DNA of 63,061 bases, filler included, from Hyphochytrium catenoides (lineage: Eukaryota; Protista; Hyphochytriomycota): NCBI GenBank assembly GCA_900088475.1. It is 7 parts of 7 records of this genome, joined end to end, with 100 filler letters (N's around TTAATTAATTAA, not from the genome) between each part and the next. Parts side by side here need not be neighbours in the genome. Positions count along the whole stretch, not along the records: positions 28,176 to 48,158 come from FLMG01001970.1; positions 48,259 to 50,536 come from FLMG01003190.1; positions 50,637 to 58,612 come from FLMG01004618.1; positions 58,713 to 60,079 come from FLMG01003733.1; positions 60,180 to 61,771 come from FLMG01002186.1; 2 more parts are not named here. One strand, 5' to 3'. Under the pieces are notes generated by a model. That model had not been told where the DNA came from. It saw nothing but the letters and a program-made list of their open reading frames with translations, and made no database searches. The translations under genes and the position numbers were made by a program. Of the stretch, positions 47,951 through 60,352 are shown in pieces. The number at the start of each line of letters is the position of its first letter. The stretch's first letter is position 1.

Positions 47951-50636
47951 TAAGAGAGAAGTTGAAGGATAGGGAAAGAAAGAGAATAGCAGAGAGAAAC
48001 AGATGGGAAAGTAATAAGGAGGAAAAAAATTAGCGTAAACCGGTAGACAGGTGACCGGCTGGGCAAGAGAGAGAATTACAGAGCATGGGAACAAGAGAAA
48101 GATCGTAGCTTGTTTGTCCCAACGAGAGGAGAAGAGAGAGAGAGAGAGAGAGAAAGAGNNNNNNNNNNNNNNNNNNNNNNNNNNNNNNNNNNNNNNNNNN
48201 NNTTAATTAATTAANNNNNNNNNNNNNNNNNNNNNNNNNNNNNNNNNNNNNNNNNNNNACACCCAAATTCCTCAATTGTGAAAAGTTTGACCTGTCATGA
48301 ATTCCCTCTATTGTTAAAAATATAGCTGATAATGTCATGCTTCAGAGGCGGAGGAGAGGAAGGTCCTTCGACATAGGAGGGATGGGAAACCTCATGCGTT
48401 CATCATCAGTCTTCGATCCCCTCATCTTCTCCTATCATCGAAGTATGCTAAAATTTAATTATCCTCGAGAGCGCATAGAAAGGAGCTTCCTAAGATACCG
48501 ACAATGGCTCATTGAACACTGCTGAGCCCTGTCTTTCTCACACTAATAAAATTTTCCCGAGGACAAAAACGAATCCTTCCTTTCTGCGGTGGTATCTTTC
48601 TTCTCCTCCAAGATTCTACAAGTGTACCGGACAACGGCCACTAGCAAAAACCTGAAGGTGAGGGAGTGTCTACCCTCGTCGGTCTGCCTTGTAGAGGAGG
48701 TCTGCGGTGGTATTAACTAGTAGTAGGCAGACTTGGGTTCGTTCTTCTGTCTTCTTGCAGGTTCTCTGACGGTCACCGATTCTGTTTTAATGACCAAAAA
48801 AATGGTTCGCCTGGTGATTGATGGTGGTCAGTAGAAGAGGAGGGAAGAAAGTGCTGATGATGATGGAAGGGCGGCCGGCCCGCAATGAACGAAGGCGGCT
48901 GCTGTGTCACAATGGCATCATTGCTCATGTCCTTTACCTGTAAGTAAGACATTGACTAACTCTTTTCGTGGAAGACTCACCGTTTATGTGGCTTCTTTTT
49001 TATTCTCCTGCTGATGACTGTCCTTCCCTCTTCTTTTCTCACCATCCAGCAGGTAGGCAACGTTGTCATAGCAGGACAGCACACACCAAATAGATGGTGC
49101 GGATCCCCCAACATACAGCAGGGAGGAGGCTTATTTATGAACTGTACATGAGCAACAACAGGTTCTTCTTCAGCGGTCCCGATGGCTTATACCTGGACAA
49201 AGAGGGACTAATGTCGAATAGAAGATAATATATAGAGGATGACGAGCCAGTAGCTACTACGGAGTATTCATTGTGTTAACGTCTTTTGGGATCTCTGCCG
49301 CCCGCGAAGTTAGAGGGACACGTCGTGAACATTACTGCTAACTTCTGTCATGCCTCAGAAGATGAATCCAATCGTTCTTATTATGTTTGCCTCAGCACCA
49401 ACAGCCAGACGATGCATCCTTGAATATATAACGATAGGATTTGTTCTTCTTCATCGCTTGTTGTCTCTCACAGAAGTGATTAGCAGATCACTACTAGGCT
49501 TGGTGAGTTCCTCCACCAACGCCGATAGAAAACGGCAATGGAGGATAGAGCAGAAACCGCTTTCTTCCCTCTTACCCTCAACACTGAATGATAATGTAAC
49601 ATACAAGTGATTCCATAGAGTTTAGAAAAGTGAATGTTGTTGCTTCTCTCTACTTTTGTTCCTCTTCTTTCCTTTTATTTTACGACAACGAGAAGGACAA
49701 CGGAACCATGTCATTAACCTGTCACCCCTTCTTGTTACTACTCTTATTTTTTTGATACTTGTATAAAGGTATCGGTGATCTCCTCCTCATCTCCTTGCTC
49801 ATCATCATCATGCAGTCTTATTATTCAGCGCTTTGTTGGTTGGTTGAGATGTTGATGGCACGTAGGTGGTGGCTATGCAGCCTAACAATAGGAATAGAAG
49901 ATAAAGGAGCGCTGGTGCAAGAAGGACTATCATCATTATTGTCCAACAATCACAAGCAACCCAGAAGACGAAGCTCCTCGTTCGATGGGTTTGTTGGCCT
50001 GTTGTTGCCGACAAGAAATAGCTGCCGGTAAGAGGAGGAGGGAGCCCTCCTAGAGTCTACTGAGTATCCTTTATCAAACTTGTTTGTGGTGATGAGAAGA
50101 ATGTCCTGCCCGTTATTATGACGAAGCAAGCTTTGACTGCTTATACGGAGTATATCGTTCTCTTTCTTTCGTAACAACAAGAAAGTGCACTACTAATTCA
50201 ACGCTGATGGTGCGGAAGTAGTCGTAAGGAGGTCACTTGACAAGAACAGCTGGACCAAAGGAAAAGCAGGTGATTGACGAGCACTGAGGAGGTGACAACA
50301 CTACTAGCATCCTTCCACAGGCGGATGTCACAACTATGATATCTTTTGCTGCCTTGTTCACGGTGACGGTGGCGCAACAGAAGAAGATGAATGATGAGAG
50401 AGATAACTTTCTTCTGCTGCTTTTTCCTCTCCTTTTTTGTTGAAGGTGCAGGCTTACTACTACGACGAAGGCTGGATGGAAGAGGAGGTAGACTAGTATT
50501 AGTGCAAGATGAGCTAATAACCTTCACAAGCAGCGANNNNNNNNNNNNNNNNNNNNNNNNNNNNNNNNNNNNNNNNNNNNTTAATTAATTAANNNNNNNN
50601 NNNNNNNNNNNNNNNNNNNNNNNNNNNNNNNNNNNN

Positions 50637-52673
50637 AATTGATTCGGACCCTGGCTATCAAGCCTTCCTGGCCTCGTTACAGGAGCCCGTCGAGGTCAGA
50701 ATAGAGCTGCTCTCTCTTCTCTATTATGGTTCGCGTACATGCCATGCAGTCCCCTGATGCTCAGCTTCGTACATCTCGTATCTGTGCCTCATTCCCACGC
50801 TTTCCTGGCTTGAATCCGGAGAAGCAACGTCTGTCTCTCTATCATTCCCGAGCTCGGCTGCTGTCCGGCTAGCCAGTAAGAGTTCTAAACAAGAGAAATC
50901 AATACGTAGAGACTACCTAGCGCAGAGGCCCAACTGGACGCGAAACAGAACGATGCTGCAGAGGAGACCCCAGTGGCTCCCCTAGTTGAGTTTCTCATCA
51001 AGAAGCTGGAAAAGACAATCTTCAAGAACAAGGGGAGGGACCGAGCGCGTGAAAGAGAAAAAGAGGAGAAGAAGCAGAGAGGGAAGTCAAGCGAGAGCGG
51101 CAAAGCGTCACGCAAGGAACCCTCCAAATCAGCGAAGTATGTGCTTACTCTGTCTCATCCCTGGAATGGTCTCCCTCTTGAGCTTGACCTTGGTTTACCT
51201 TGTTCTCCTCTCTACTTGCAAGCCAGCTCATGCTCCCTGCTTGTTTTGACTCCCTGACCCTTCCCTCAGAGAGAAAGACAAGGAGAAAATAAAGAAGGAG
51301 GGACCAGGGGCCTCGAAAATTAAGGATCAACCGGTAAGTACGCTATTCAAACCACTCAACTCAGTTGTTTTGACCTTCTTCTGGTTGTTTTATTTAACAC
51401 AGAAACCGTCGAAGAAAAGAGAGAAGGAGACGGACTTGCGGTCTCAAGCGGCTGAGAGCTCAAGGTCGGAGGGACCTAGATCAAAAGACAGCGCAAGAGA
51501 AAGTGAGAGAGACAAAAAAGCTGGAAAGAAGGGTGAAAGCGGGAAAGGGAAGCATGAAAACAAGCCATCTTCAGCTCCCAACACCAGTCGAGAGAAGCAG
51601 GAGCCCACACTCAAGGTAATCTATATGAAATGTAGTTGGAGGCCTGCTGAATTCTGAGAAGAGGAGGTTGGGACCGTCCAGCGTCCTGCTTACCCAGGCG
51701 GGAATCACAACAGGAGAACTGCTGTCCCTAGTAGGAATGTCATCTCAGGAGAAGAGATATTCTCAACTTCCCAAGCCCTGATACCTCTCACGTATAGCTA
51801 TTTATGTCATCTCTCTCTGTCCCCTTCTAGATTCTGAAGCCACAAGGAGTTCCCTCTGCCCAAGAAACCATCCAGCCGAAGAAACGGCAAGGGGACAACC
51901 CAAGTGCAGTTGCACAGATGGGACGGAAATCGGCTCCTGAGCAGCCAATTAAGTCTCAGAATGAGGAAAAAGGAGACAAGGAGGGGAAACGACAAGAAGG
52001 TAGGCTACCAAACATTATTAGGCAAACCAAGAGGAATTCGCGTTGACGATAAGAAGGAAAACGGACAGATGAGGAGCCAAGTGAGAGCCACAGGAGGCGA
52101 TAGACAGGAGAATGCAACTCTATGCACTGACCTACCTAACCCTTAGGTGCCTCCAAGCGTGAGCCGCGAGAGCCACGTGGTGCAAAGCCTGAGCGGGCAG
52201 TCTATCGCCCTAGACCCGTTCAAGAACGGAGCCAAGGAGGAGGAGAAAAAGAGGCTAAGGGCAGAACTGAGCGTTCCACTACCAAGAAATCCGATGAACC
52301 CTCAGAGAGCTCCAAGAAGGCTGGAAGGTCCTCTCCTACCTCGCGCCCTCAAGGACGCGGGCAGCAAGATGATCGCAGAGCTTCCCAGAAGGCAGCTAGT
52401 TCTAAGGTTCAGAAAGGCGGGGGAGAGACCGTTGAGAGAGGAGGGATGCCCAGTGGGCGAAACGTAAGCATACAGGCCACTTCTCATTATCTACGTATTC
52501 TCTTTGCCCCTCACTATACAGGCCTCTTGTTGTTGTCTGCGTACCCTCTGTGCCAGTTAGCGGGGTTTGCTTCTTTGCTATCACTTACAATGGCTCACAC
52601 CGTACACATCCAGACGACTAAGGGCCAAGTTTACGCCGTCAAGCAGTCTTCGGGTTCTTCCACCAATGGCTAG
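50637..52673 (+). CDS. UPF3: NMD factor UPF3 (Smg4/UPF3 family), 3' part, multi-exon
   Basis: IDSDPGYQAFLASLQEPVE | RLPSAEAQLDAK...APLVEFLIKK matches the post-RRM G(T)I..DP.Y..FL..L / LPSAE.QL / TPL.EF motifs. A charged tail with KPERAVYRP resembles the EJC-binding motif. The RRM is cut off by the contig start. Confidence 0.82.
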
Positions 52674-54260
52674 GACAGTCACAATACTGAAGCAACGATA
52701 TGAAGCGCGGCAACGTTCAGAGAAGTGTTGAAAAAGGCTCAGTCATTTGGCTGCATTGCGTTTCCCTTTTCTCTTCCTCGTTCTGGTCGAGAGTTCAGCC
52801 TAGAGAATGCTTGCATAGAGGGAGGCAGCAAGGTATGGCGAAGCTCTTCTTTTAGTCCAATTTTCCCTGCGCAGCCGCTATGTGGAGATGATGGCCGACC
52901 GCGTCTGGGCTCGTACATCTCCAGTCTCTTGCCAAAGTGGGCTTACGCAAGCGGAAACGTCCCAAGAAACTAGAAGATAAGGACGAGGCCGCGAGGAGTG
53001 GGGGAAGGAAAGGCAGAGCTCGTTCCTGGGAAAAGGCATGAAAGGTGACGGGGGAGAGCTGAGAGCCTAACGCGGGGCAAGACCGTTGGTCCCCGGCAAG
53101 AGGAGCGTTGACGTAGCTCACAGCACCTTATAAGGCCAGAGACTAGGCACTTTACTGGCGACTATAAACGGCACATGAATGCATCTGCGTCTTATTCCTC
53201 CGCCATTAGCGCTCCTTTAGCTGACAGCCAGAACGCTCTACTCTTTGATAGATTATTCAGTATAAGCTCCATCTCTAAGGCTACAGAGTTAGAGAGGATC
53301 TGGCCGTCTCATGGGCATATGCCCGTCTAACTGATGCTCTGCGCCTTCTAGTGTGCTCGCTCGCCCTAATGTCTAGCCCGCTTTCTCTCTCCTCCTCCTC
53401 CCGTCCCGCCTAGTCGAAGAAGCTCTGCGCGCAGTTGGCCATTGACTGGGGTACCAGTGAGCTCTAGGGTTGCTCGTGGCGGGTATAAATAGCTATACAG
53501 TCGGCCTCTTGCCCTTCCAGGTACCTGATGAGAACCCGGTCATGATAGTGTTGGAGATGGAGGATGAGCGTCAGCATCCTACCTTCCCGTCTGTCCCAGT
53601 CTGGATCGGGACCGACGTCCTTACTTCCACTGTTGACGTAGGGCCCTCTCATGATGGCTGTGCTACTGAGCGGGTCTTCGCTGTGATAGAGAGATTTATT
53701 CTATACATNNNNNNNNNNNNNNNNNNNNNNNNNNNNNNNNNNNNGCTGACCTTTCTCCGATAGAAATGTAGAGAACCACTAAGTGGAACCAGGGCAAGCT
53801 AGAGATGACTGCAGCACGTCCCGGTCTGCGCGGTGGCGGGTAAGTGCTTGGTCTGCTCCTCTCCGAAGACCAACATAGAGACCGGAGCTGAGATTTCTAT
53901 GAAAACGTTTGCTACCGATAAGAACCCTTATCGTGTTGATTGAGGTGCGCCCATGAGATGGTTTTTACATTATGTAGTACGATGTAAGCACAAACTGCGC
54001 ACCATTAGAAGTTATTTACACACCTTCGATGCTTCTGTTTTTAGGGTTATTACTCCTCACGTTTCACGTGCTTGAGGCAGCACTATTCGGCCAAAGGACA
54101 CCTCTCGAAGACTGAAAGAGTCTCAGTTGTGACCATGAAGGGAGGTAAGGCGACTGCAGGCAGACTCGTAAGGTATGGAGCTCATTGGCTCACAATAAAA
54201 TTACATAGGAATATCATGTCTAGGTGTGATGATAGAGGGAAGGAAGCGGGAGCAACGACT

Positions 54261-56045
54261 CTATAAGAACCGTGCATCTCTGTCTACCATTGCGTCACTC
54301 GCTACTGGTGTCTCTGTGACTATAATGCTAGGGAGGTCATTCTCCTGCATGCTAGCTAGCAGACCCTTTTCCTCCCCAGACTCCTGAGTCCGTAGGCTGG
54401 AGTAAGTCTTCGTGCCATGCCGACATCGATATGTCTGTTGGGCAGACTCTAGCTGAAAGGTGTACCTAGTGATGCCTTCATTCAGACAAAGCCTCTCCGC
54501 TGCCTTCAGACTCTCATGAGGTGTATCTGTCACTAGATGCGCCGATACAATATTCTTTCCCACCGTAAGTGACCATATATGGACTTCATGCACGGAGGTT
54601 ACCCCAGGAAGCTGCGCCAGTCGGAGGCCCAACTCTTCCACATTGAAAGCGTCGTCAGGTGAACCCTCCATCAGCACTCGTAGTGCTGTTCGGAGCACGC
54701 CCGTCGTCGTATAAAGCACCAAGATGGAGGATAGAAAGGTGACCAGAGGATCAGCCAGCTGCCACTCAGGATTGTACCAGATCAGTGCCCCTGCAAAGCA
54801 CACGCCCAGACTTTGCACTAGATCGCCAAGGGCGTGGATGTAGGCGGCACGAACATTGATGTTTTCGTGACCCCCGAACGTCTTACACTGCGCAGTTGGT
54901 GCAGAATCTGCCCCAAATGAGGTGGATGAGTTCGTGGGATGGCTAGGAGGAGTATCGGGACCACAAAAAGCAGAGTTGGCCTCAGAAGTGCCACCGATGG
55001 GTATATCTTCCAAGCTGTTGCTCAGCTTGAGAGGCGCCAGAGATTGTAGAGATCGCTGAGCGCTACTCTCGCCTGGACCTATATCCATATCCCTCGGTAA
55101 CGGAACTTGATCAAGCTGCTGATCATGACCCTGGATGTCGTACTCAACCCGCTTCTCCGCAATCTTATTGCGTACGTTGCCTTCTCCGCATGCCTGTTCT
55201 GTGGAGTCCCGGTTCCCCTCTGTTTGCTGCTTAGCGCTGCACCTGTCTTCATCTACATGGAGATGCGAGTGGCAGTGGCCCATCTCTACGTCGTCTTCGG
55301 TCTTGTCTCCAAAGTCTTGTCGACTTGTACAAGGGCCGTCGCCATGGTCATGCGCATGACTATGTCCATGACCATGGCCGTGAGCAGCTCCACTATGAGA
55401 GTGCCCATGTCCACCATGCGAATGGCCGTGCCCTGCAAAGCCGTGAGAGTGATGGTGGCCGCCCAGTATGCCCATGATAACCAAGTTTACTACCAGCCCC
55501 AAAAAGGCTACGACGAACATAATTCTTCCGTCAACTTTCTCCTCAAGATGGTCCAAGGAGTTTGCCCGGAGAACTTCCAAGCTTCGGATGACAGCGGCAG
55601 AGAACAGATGGGCCGTGATCACCCAAATAACCATCACACTAAGCAGTGCACCGATAACCTCTGTTCTGTAGAACCCGTAGGATAGGGTAGAGGTAGCCGG
55701 AAAGGAGCCTAGCCAGATGGCGAACATCGACATAACGAACCCAGCGACGTCCGACAGCAAGTGCGCGGCATCAGACATCACCGCCAAACTACCAGCCAAA
55801 TAGCCACCCATGAACTCCACGACCATGAAGAAGAAGGCAAAGAGAATGGCTCGACGGAGCTTTTTTCTGGCCCTAATATTGACGGCACTGAGGGCTTCGT
55901 CTGGGTTTTGGCGGACGGTGCAGTCATCCGATGGGAAGACCTTCTCTGTCTCTGCCAGGAGCTTCCGTAAGCTGGGGCTGTTGTTCAGCTTCTTGCCATC
56001 CGACGTGGAGCGCCCTGGNNNNNNNNNNNNNNNNGACCTGGACAA
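54261..56045 (-). CDS. Cation diffusion facilitator, ZnT/SLC30-MTP1-type zinc transporter (5' end uncertain)
   Basis: EFMGGYLAGSLAVMSDAAHLLSD, SYGFYRTEVIGAL, a His-rich loop, NINVRAAYIHALGDLVQSLGV, ADPLVTF, LMEGSP and VHEVHIWSLT. Confidence 0.96.
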   Translation of the reverse strand: MSRXXXXXXPGRSTSDGKKLNNSPSLRKLLAETEKVFPSDDCTVRQNPDEALSAVNIRARKKLRRAILFAFFFMVVEFMGGYLAGSLAVMSDAAHLLSDVAGFVMSMFAIWLGSFPATSTLSYGFYRTEVIGALLSVMVIWVITAHLFSAAVIRSLEVLRANSLDHLEEKVDGRIMFVVAFLGLVVNLVIMGILGGHHHSHGFAGHGHSHGGHGHSHSGAAHGHGHGHSHAHDHGDGPCTSRQDFGDKTEDDVEMGHCHSHLHVDEDRCSAKQQTEGNRDSTEQACGEGNVRNKIAEKRVEYDIQGHDQQLDQVPLPRDMDIGPGESSAQRSLQSLAPLKLSNSLEDIPIGGTSEANSAFCGPDTPPSHPTNSSTSFGADSAPTAQCKTFGGHENINVRAAYIHALGDLVQSLGVCFAGALIWYNPEWQLADPLVTFLSSILVLYTTTGVLRTALRVLMEGSPDDAFNVEELGLRLAQLPGVTSVHEVHIWSLTVGKNIVSAHLVTDTPHESLKAAERLCLNEGITRYTFQLESAQQTYRCRHGTKTYSSLRTQESGEEKGLLASMQENDLPSIIVTETPVASDAMVDRDARFL

Positions 56046-57399
56046 ATGGTTATCAGGCTTCGTTCATATCATGGACAGAAGCGTCTGATACCGTCCTCTC
56101 GGGCTTTGGATCCTCAAGCTGTTGCCTGGCTTCTCATGCCAGTGGCTGCCGGATATTATGAAAGTGACAGAAGCTCTGCCGTGCTCGGCCAGAAGTGCTA
56201 GAGCGGGAAGGCTAAGGAACAAAGAGGCAGGCTGCAGCTTTGAAGCTCTGTGATCTCTAGGTTCTTTCGTCCTCAGATTCTGTAGAATAACTTCCCTGCC
56301 TCTCTGCTCTTGATGCGCCGCGCCAACAGCACGCAAACTGTCTCTTGAAGGGAGAACCTCTCTGAAAGACTAGAGTGAGACAGAGCTGAGAAGAGAGAAG
56401 AAGGGAGGGAGACAGAGTAGCAAAATGAGTGGTAAATGTCTCCTTTTGGGACCAAGAGAAAGAAGGACTCCGCAAGAGAGAGGAAGGAGAGATAGAAGGA
56501 GATGGTTGTCCAGTGTAGTGTGTTATTGGCAAAAGGAAGTCGGATAAACAGAATGACCTCTCTTTTTGCCCTACTTTGAAAGCTTTCGAAAACCTGAAAT
56601 TTTCTATTGACAACCACCACTTCCCCTTTCAATACCAGCCGGGGAATATTCGCATCCTATTGCCAATCTTTCATCGAAAGGTTTGAACCTTTACTGATAA
56701 CCTCTCCGTAGTAACTGAGAAAGCTGCCCAATTGTGCATAGAGCGCACTCCGCGCAACTGTTGATCAGCAGCAGCATCAAGCAGGCGCTGTGCTAGTTAG
56801 TTGTCTATCCTCCATGTCTCGATAGCGCGGGTGCATGGAGCTGTGCATGGTACCTTCCCGCCATGCGCTCTCGGAGATCTTACCATTGGTGCTTCATCCT
56901 GCTAGAATCTTGCAGTGGTCAGAAGGGTGTGACATCGCCCATACCAATGATCACCTATTCAATAATCAAACAAGCCTGGTGGGGTCTCTGAGGAGCACCT
57001 GACCAGGATAGGAAGTACAAGGTGCCATGGAGGGCCATTCGACATAGGAACATGTGAACATGAAGCTTTGTCTTCTTCTTGGCTATTGGAGGCCAATTCG
57101 ACGTATGTCATTGCCCAAGAGAGAAGCGTACACAGAAACATCAATGTGTGAGATACTGATGACCCCTCCCTGCAACGAGCATTACAGTCTGGATTATAGC
57201 GGCATTCTTTGCCTACCTTGAGAATGAAAGGCCCAGCGTTCAACACCCGGCCTACTGCAGTTCGGGACGTTGGTGAGTGTCTCACACGCTAGATGGACGG
57301 ATGGAGCTCTATGTTTATATTTAGAAAAGGCCAAGTAGATGCTACAATCGTCCTCTTATCACTTTTAAAACCTGCCATCTAACTTCCCAGAGTACGCGC

Positions 57400-58612
57400 T
57401 CAAAGGGGTCCGCATTGCCCTGACGCTGGCATAATCCTAGTGCCTACAGCAGGAATCTGCTTGGCGAATGGGATCCACGCACTAGCATCACAGTCACACA
57501 TGTAGGGCCCAGCATTAGGAGGCTGGGCTCGCTTGAGACCAGGGTACGCACGAACCATCTGCAGCGGGAAGGAGTCTGGTCCAGAAGGGCAGAAAGTGAT
57601 TGTCAAACTGCTACCTGCCACAGGAGCCTGGTAGTCTGGATTGTACACGTTCGCGCCTGCCGTGTCACACATGTAATATGCATCGTCGCAGTTGACGTGC
57701 GTGCAGGTTGCAGTGTGGCTGCCAGATGGCGCGCCACCGGCCTTTCTGTGCTCAATCTTCGCTCCAACATTAAATCCCTTCACTCTACTGATGTCATACC
57801 AGTACAGATTGGCACCGTCAATGTTAACCNNNNNNNNNNNNNNNNNNNNNNNNNNNNNNNNNNNNNNNNNNNNTCCCTGCTCCGCCTAGAGAGCCATAGT
57901 ATACCGTGGTGCCGCCACCGCAGTTGTTGATGACCGTCATCCCTTCTCCGAAGGAAGGCTCCTTGCTAGCCGGAGGAGGAGGTGGTGGTGGTGCCTGAGT
58001 AGATGGTGCTGGCCCAGGAGTGGAAATACTAGTGCTTGGCGATAGAGTTGGGAGAGAGGTAGAAGGGGCAGTGGTGCTGGGAACAGGAGTCACTGTTGGC
58101 GCGGTAGAGGTGGTGCTGTCAGCCTCCAACGTACTGTCAGCAGTGACGTTCCCTGTCCGCCCTTCTGCCGTCACATTTAGAGAAGAGGATGAAGAGTCCT
58201 CGGTCGGCTGAGGTGTAGAAGGGTCACAGAAGTCAGGCTCAGTAACAACTCCACATTGATCAGCAGTCTCTTCCACGCAGACAGGGCTAGAGGCGGAGCA
58301 ACAGCGGCGTCTACGCTCTACACGGCCAGTAGTCTCGTCACAGGTGAGAGGGAGAGAGCAATAGCTTTTCGCGAACACGGGAACTGCTTCAGCGGCGCCG
58401 GGCTTCTGGCAGAACCACGCATTTCCCGTCTCACACGTATTTGGTGCCCGCTTACCATCGCAACGGCCATAGGAGTCTGCTGGCTGGCACTCTCCTGCAC
58501 CACTCTCTGCCAAGCAGCAGCTCACCTCTCTCAGCCCTTGACCCTCACACGAGGCTTGATCATTCGTAGCACCGCAAGAAGCAGAGTCCCAGGACTCTGA
58601 GACGCTAGTTCT
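57400..58612 (-). CDS. Modular thaumatin-like protein (Cys-rich domain + S/T/P linker + small TLP domain + Cys tail), 5'-truncated, internal N gap
   Basis: TVINNC at the domain start, WYDISRVKGFNV (compare YDISLVDGFN), CDDAYY and TITFCP at the domain end; the frame is open to the contig edge. Confidence 0.75.
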
Positions 58613-59119
58613 NNNNNNNNNNNNNNNNNNNNNNNNNNNNNNNNNNNNNNNNNNNNTTAATTAATTAANNNNNNNNNNNNNNNNNNNNNNNNNNNNNNNN
58701 NNNNNNNNNNNNGAGAGAGAGAGAAGAGAGAGACGTTCTTTAAGTGGTTCTTCAGAGGGGTTTGCATGTCTGAAGAGAGGAATGACGATGCAGATTGGCC
58801 CTGGTGTGGAACGCCTCTGCCCTCGTACTATCAGAGACAGCAGGATACCATGTTATGATCATACTACCCAAAGAGATAAGACGAGCAGCAGTGAGGAGCA
58901 AACTACGGGGAATAGAAGGTCATACTACCCTGTCGTCAAAAGCTAAGCGCTCAACAGTCTCCAGCTGCTTGGGCACAGCCTCCCAGCGAAGCATTGCTTC
59001 TAAGATCGCCGTCATCGTCAAGCAAATGTCCAATATTCAGAGCTGCTTCCACTCGTCCTCCCACCATCACTGCGGACACGGCTTCCTTGGTTATCTTGAT
59101 TTCCATTTCTTCCGGTACC

Positions 59120-59480
59120 GGCTCTACTGCTGCTGCTGCTCCTACTGCTGGCTTGCTTCTGCTGCTGCTACTGCTGGTGTTGCTACTGCTGCTGGTGCTG
59201 GTGCTGCTGGTGCTGCTGCTCCTCCTGCGGCTGCTCCTCCTGCGGCTGCTCCTCCTGCTGCTGCTCCTCCTGCTGATGTTGCTCCTGCTCCTGCTGCTGG
59301 TGCTCCTCCTGCTGCTGCTGCTCCTCCTGCTGCTGCTGCTCCTGCTGCTGCTGCTCCTGCTCCTGCTGCTGCTGGAGTTGCGTCTGCTCTGCTGCTCCTG
59401 CTGCTGCTGGTGCTCCTTCTGCTGATGTTGCTCCTGTTGCTACTGCTCGTGGTGGTACTGCTCATCATGATGCTGCTGCT
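59120..59480. repeat. Degenerate (CTG/CAG)n trinucleotide tract; possible Ala/Gly- or Gln/Glu-rich gene remnant
   Basis: About 360 bp of ctg/cct/gct triplets; low-complexity ORFs in several frames. Confidence 0.8.
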
Positions 59481-60352
59481 TCAGAACTTATTTACAGACA
59501 GCAGCTACCGGTAAATGCGAACAGCTTGACCTTAGTTTCGCTACTTCTACCTTCGGTAGTAATAAACGCCTAACCCTAACCGTAAGCAGGTGTTCTAATC
59601 CTTCAATCCGGATTTCCACATCTAATATTCGGCTTTCATCACCAATTACGGAATTATCGACACTCATAGTTCCGCCAGCGCCGCAGAAATCTCTTTTTAT
59701 AACAGAAAAAAGCCCGATAATCTCTTTGGAGAAGGGAGATCTGGGACGGCGGTCAGTGATGCGAAGGAGCCAGACAGAGAAAGGAGAACGGAGAACTGTC
59801 GGGGACTGCCTCCGTCTGAATCTCCTATAATCAGCTTTCGTTTGCGCAGGGTTGGAAGGCTGATAAGTTATTGAAAAATAGACCTCGAGCGTCGCGTCAG
59901 AGTGCAGACTATTTAGTTTCCTTGCCTCCGTTGAGGGTCTGCATATTGCGCCTGTGGAGTCTTTGACTCGTCCCCAGAGGACAGTGAAGTGCCATGCCGA
60001 TGGTCCCTTTATAGGTCACCGGGAAGTCATCGGAGGGTTGGCAGCAGCGGGTCATGGGGCTGCCTGGAGCTTCTCCGGANNNNNNNNNNNNNNNNNNNNN
60101 NNNNNNNNNNNNNNNNNNNNNNNTTAATTAATTAANNNNNNNNNNNNNNNNNNNNNNNNNNNNNNNNNNNNNNNNNNNNCGATAAATTACCTCATTATAA
60201 TGAGTCAAAATCGGCTTAGGGATATAAGAGTAATATCATGCCGGTAATAATGCAAACAGCGACAAATCGCTCTTCATAGTCTCACTCAGCTGTATGATTA
60301 TCATGTTTGTGTATACCATATCCCGGTGCTGTCGTTAATCCCTGCTGAAAGG

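Noticed and set aside
28176-48158. Dozens of SLSLSL/RERERE ORFs
   Set aside because: They are translations of intronic or intergenic (CT)n/(GA)n microsatellites.
48259-50536. Gene or transposon on this short contig
   Set aside because: Only short interrupted frames with no recognisable motif.
59120-59480. TAG-to-Gln genetic code reassignment suggested by TAGs inside CAG runs
   Set aside because: ORFs of 546-890 aa contain no internal TAG, and several genes end in TAG. The tract reads equally well in the Ala/Val frame.
59569-59582. Telomeric CCCTAA repeat
   Set aside because: About two copies only, and internal.
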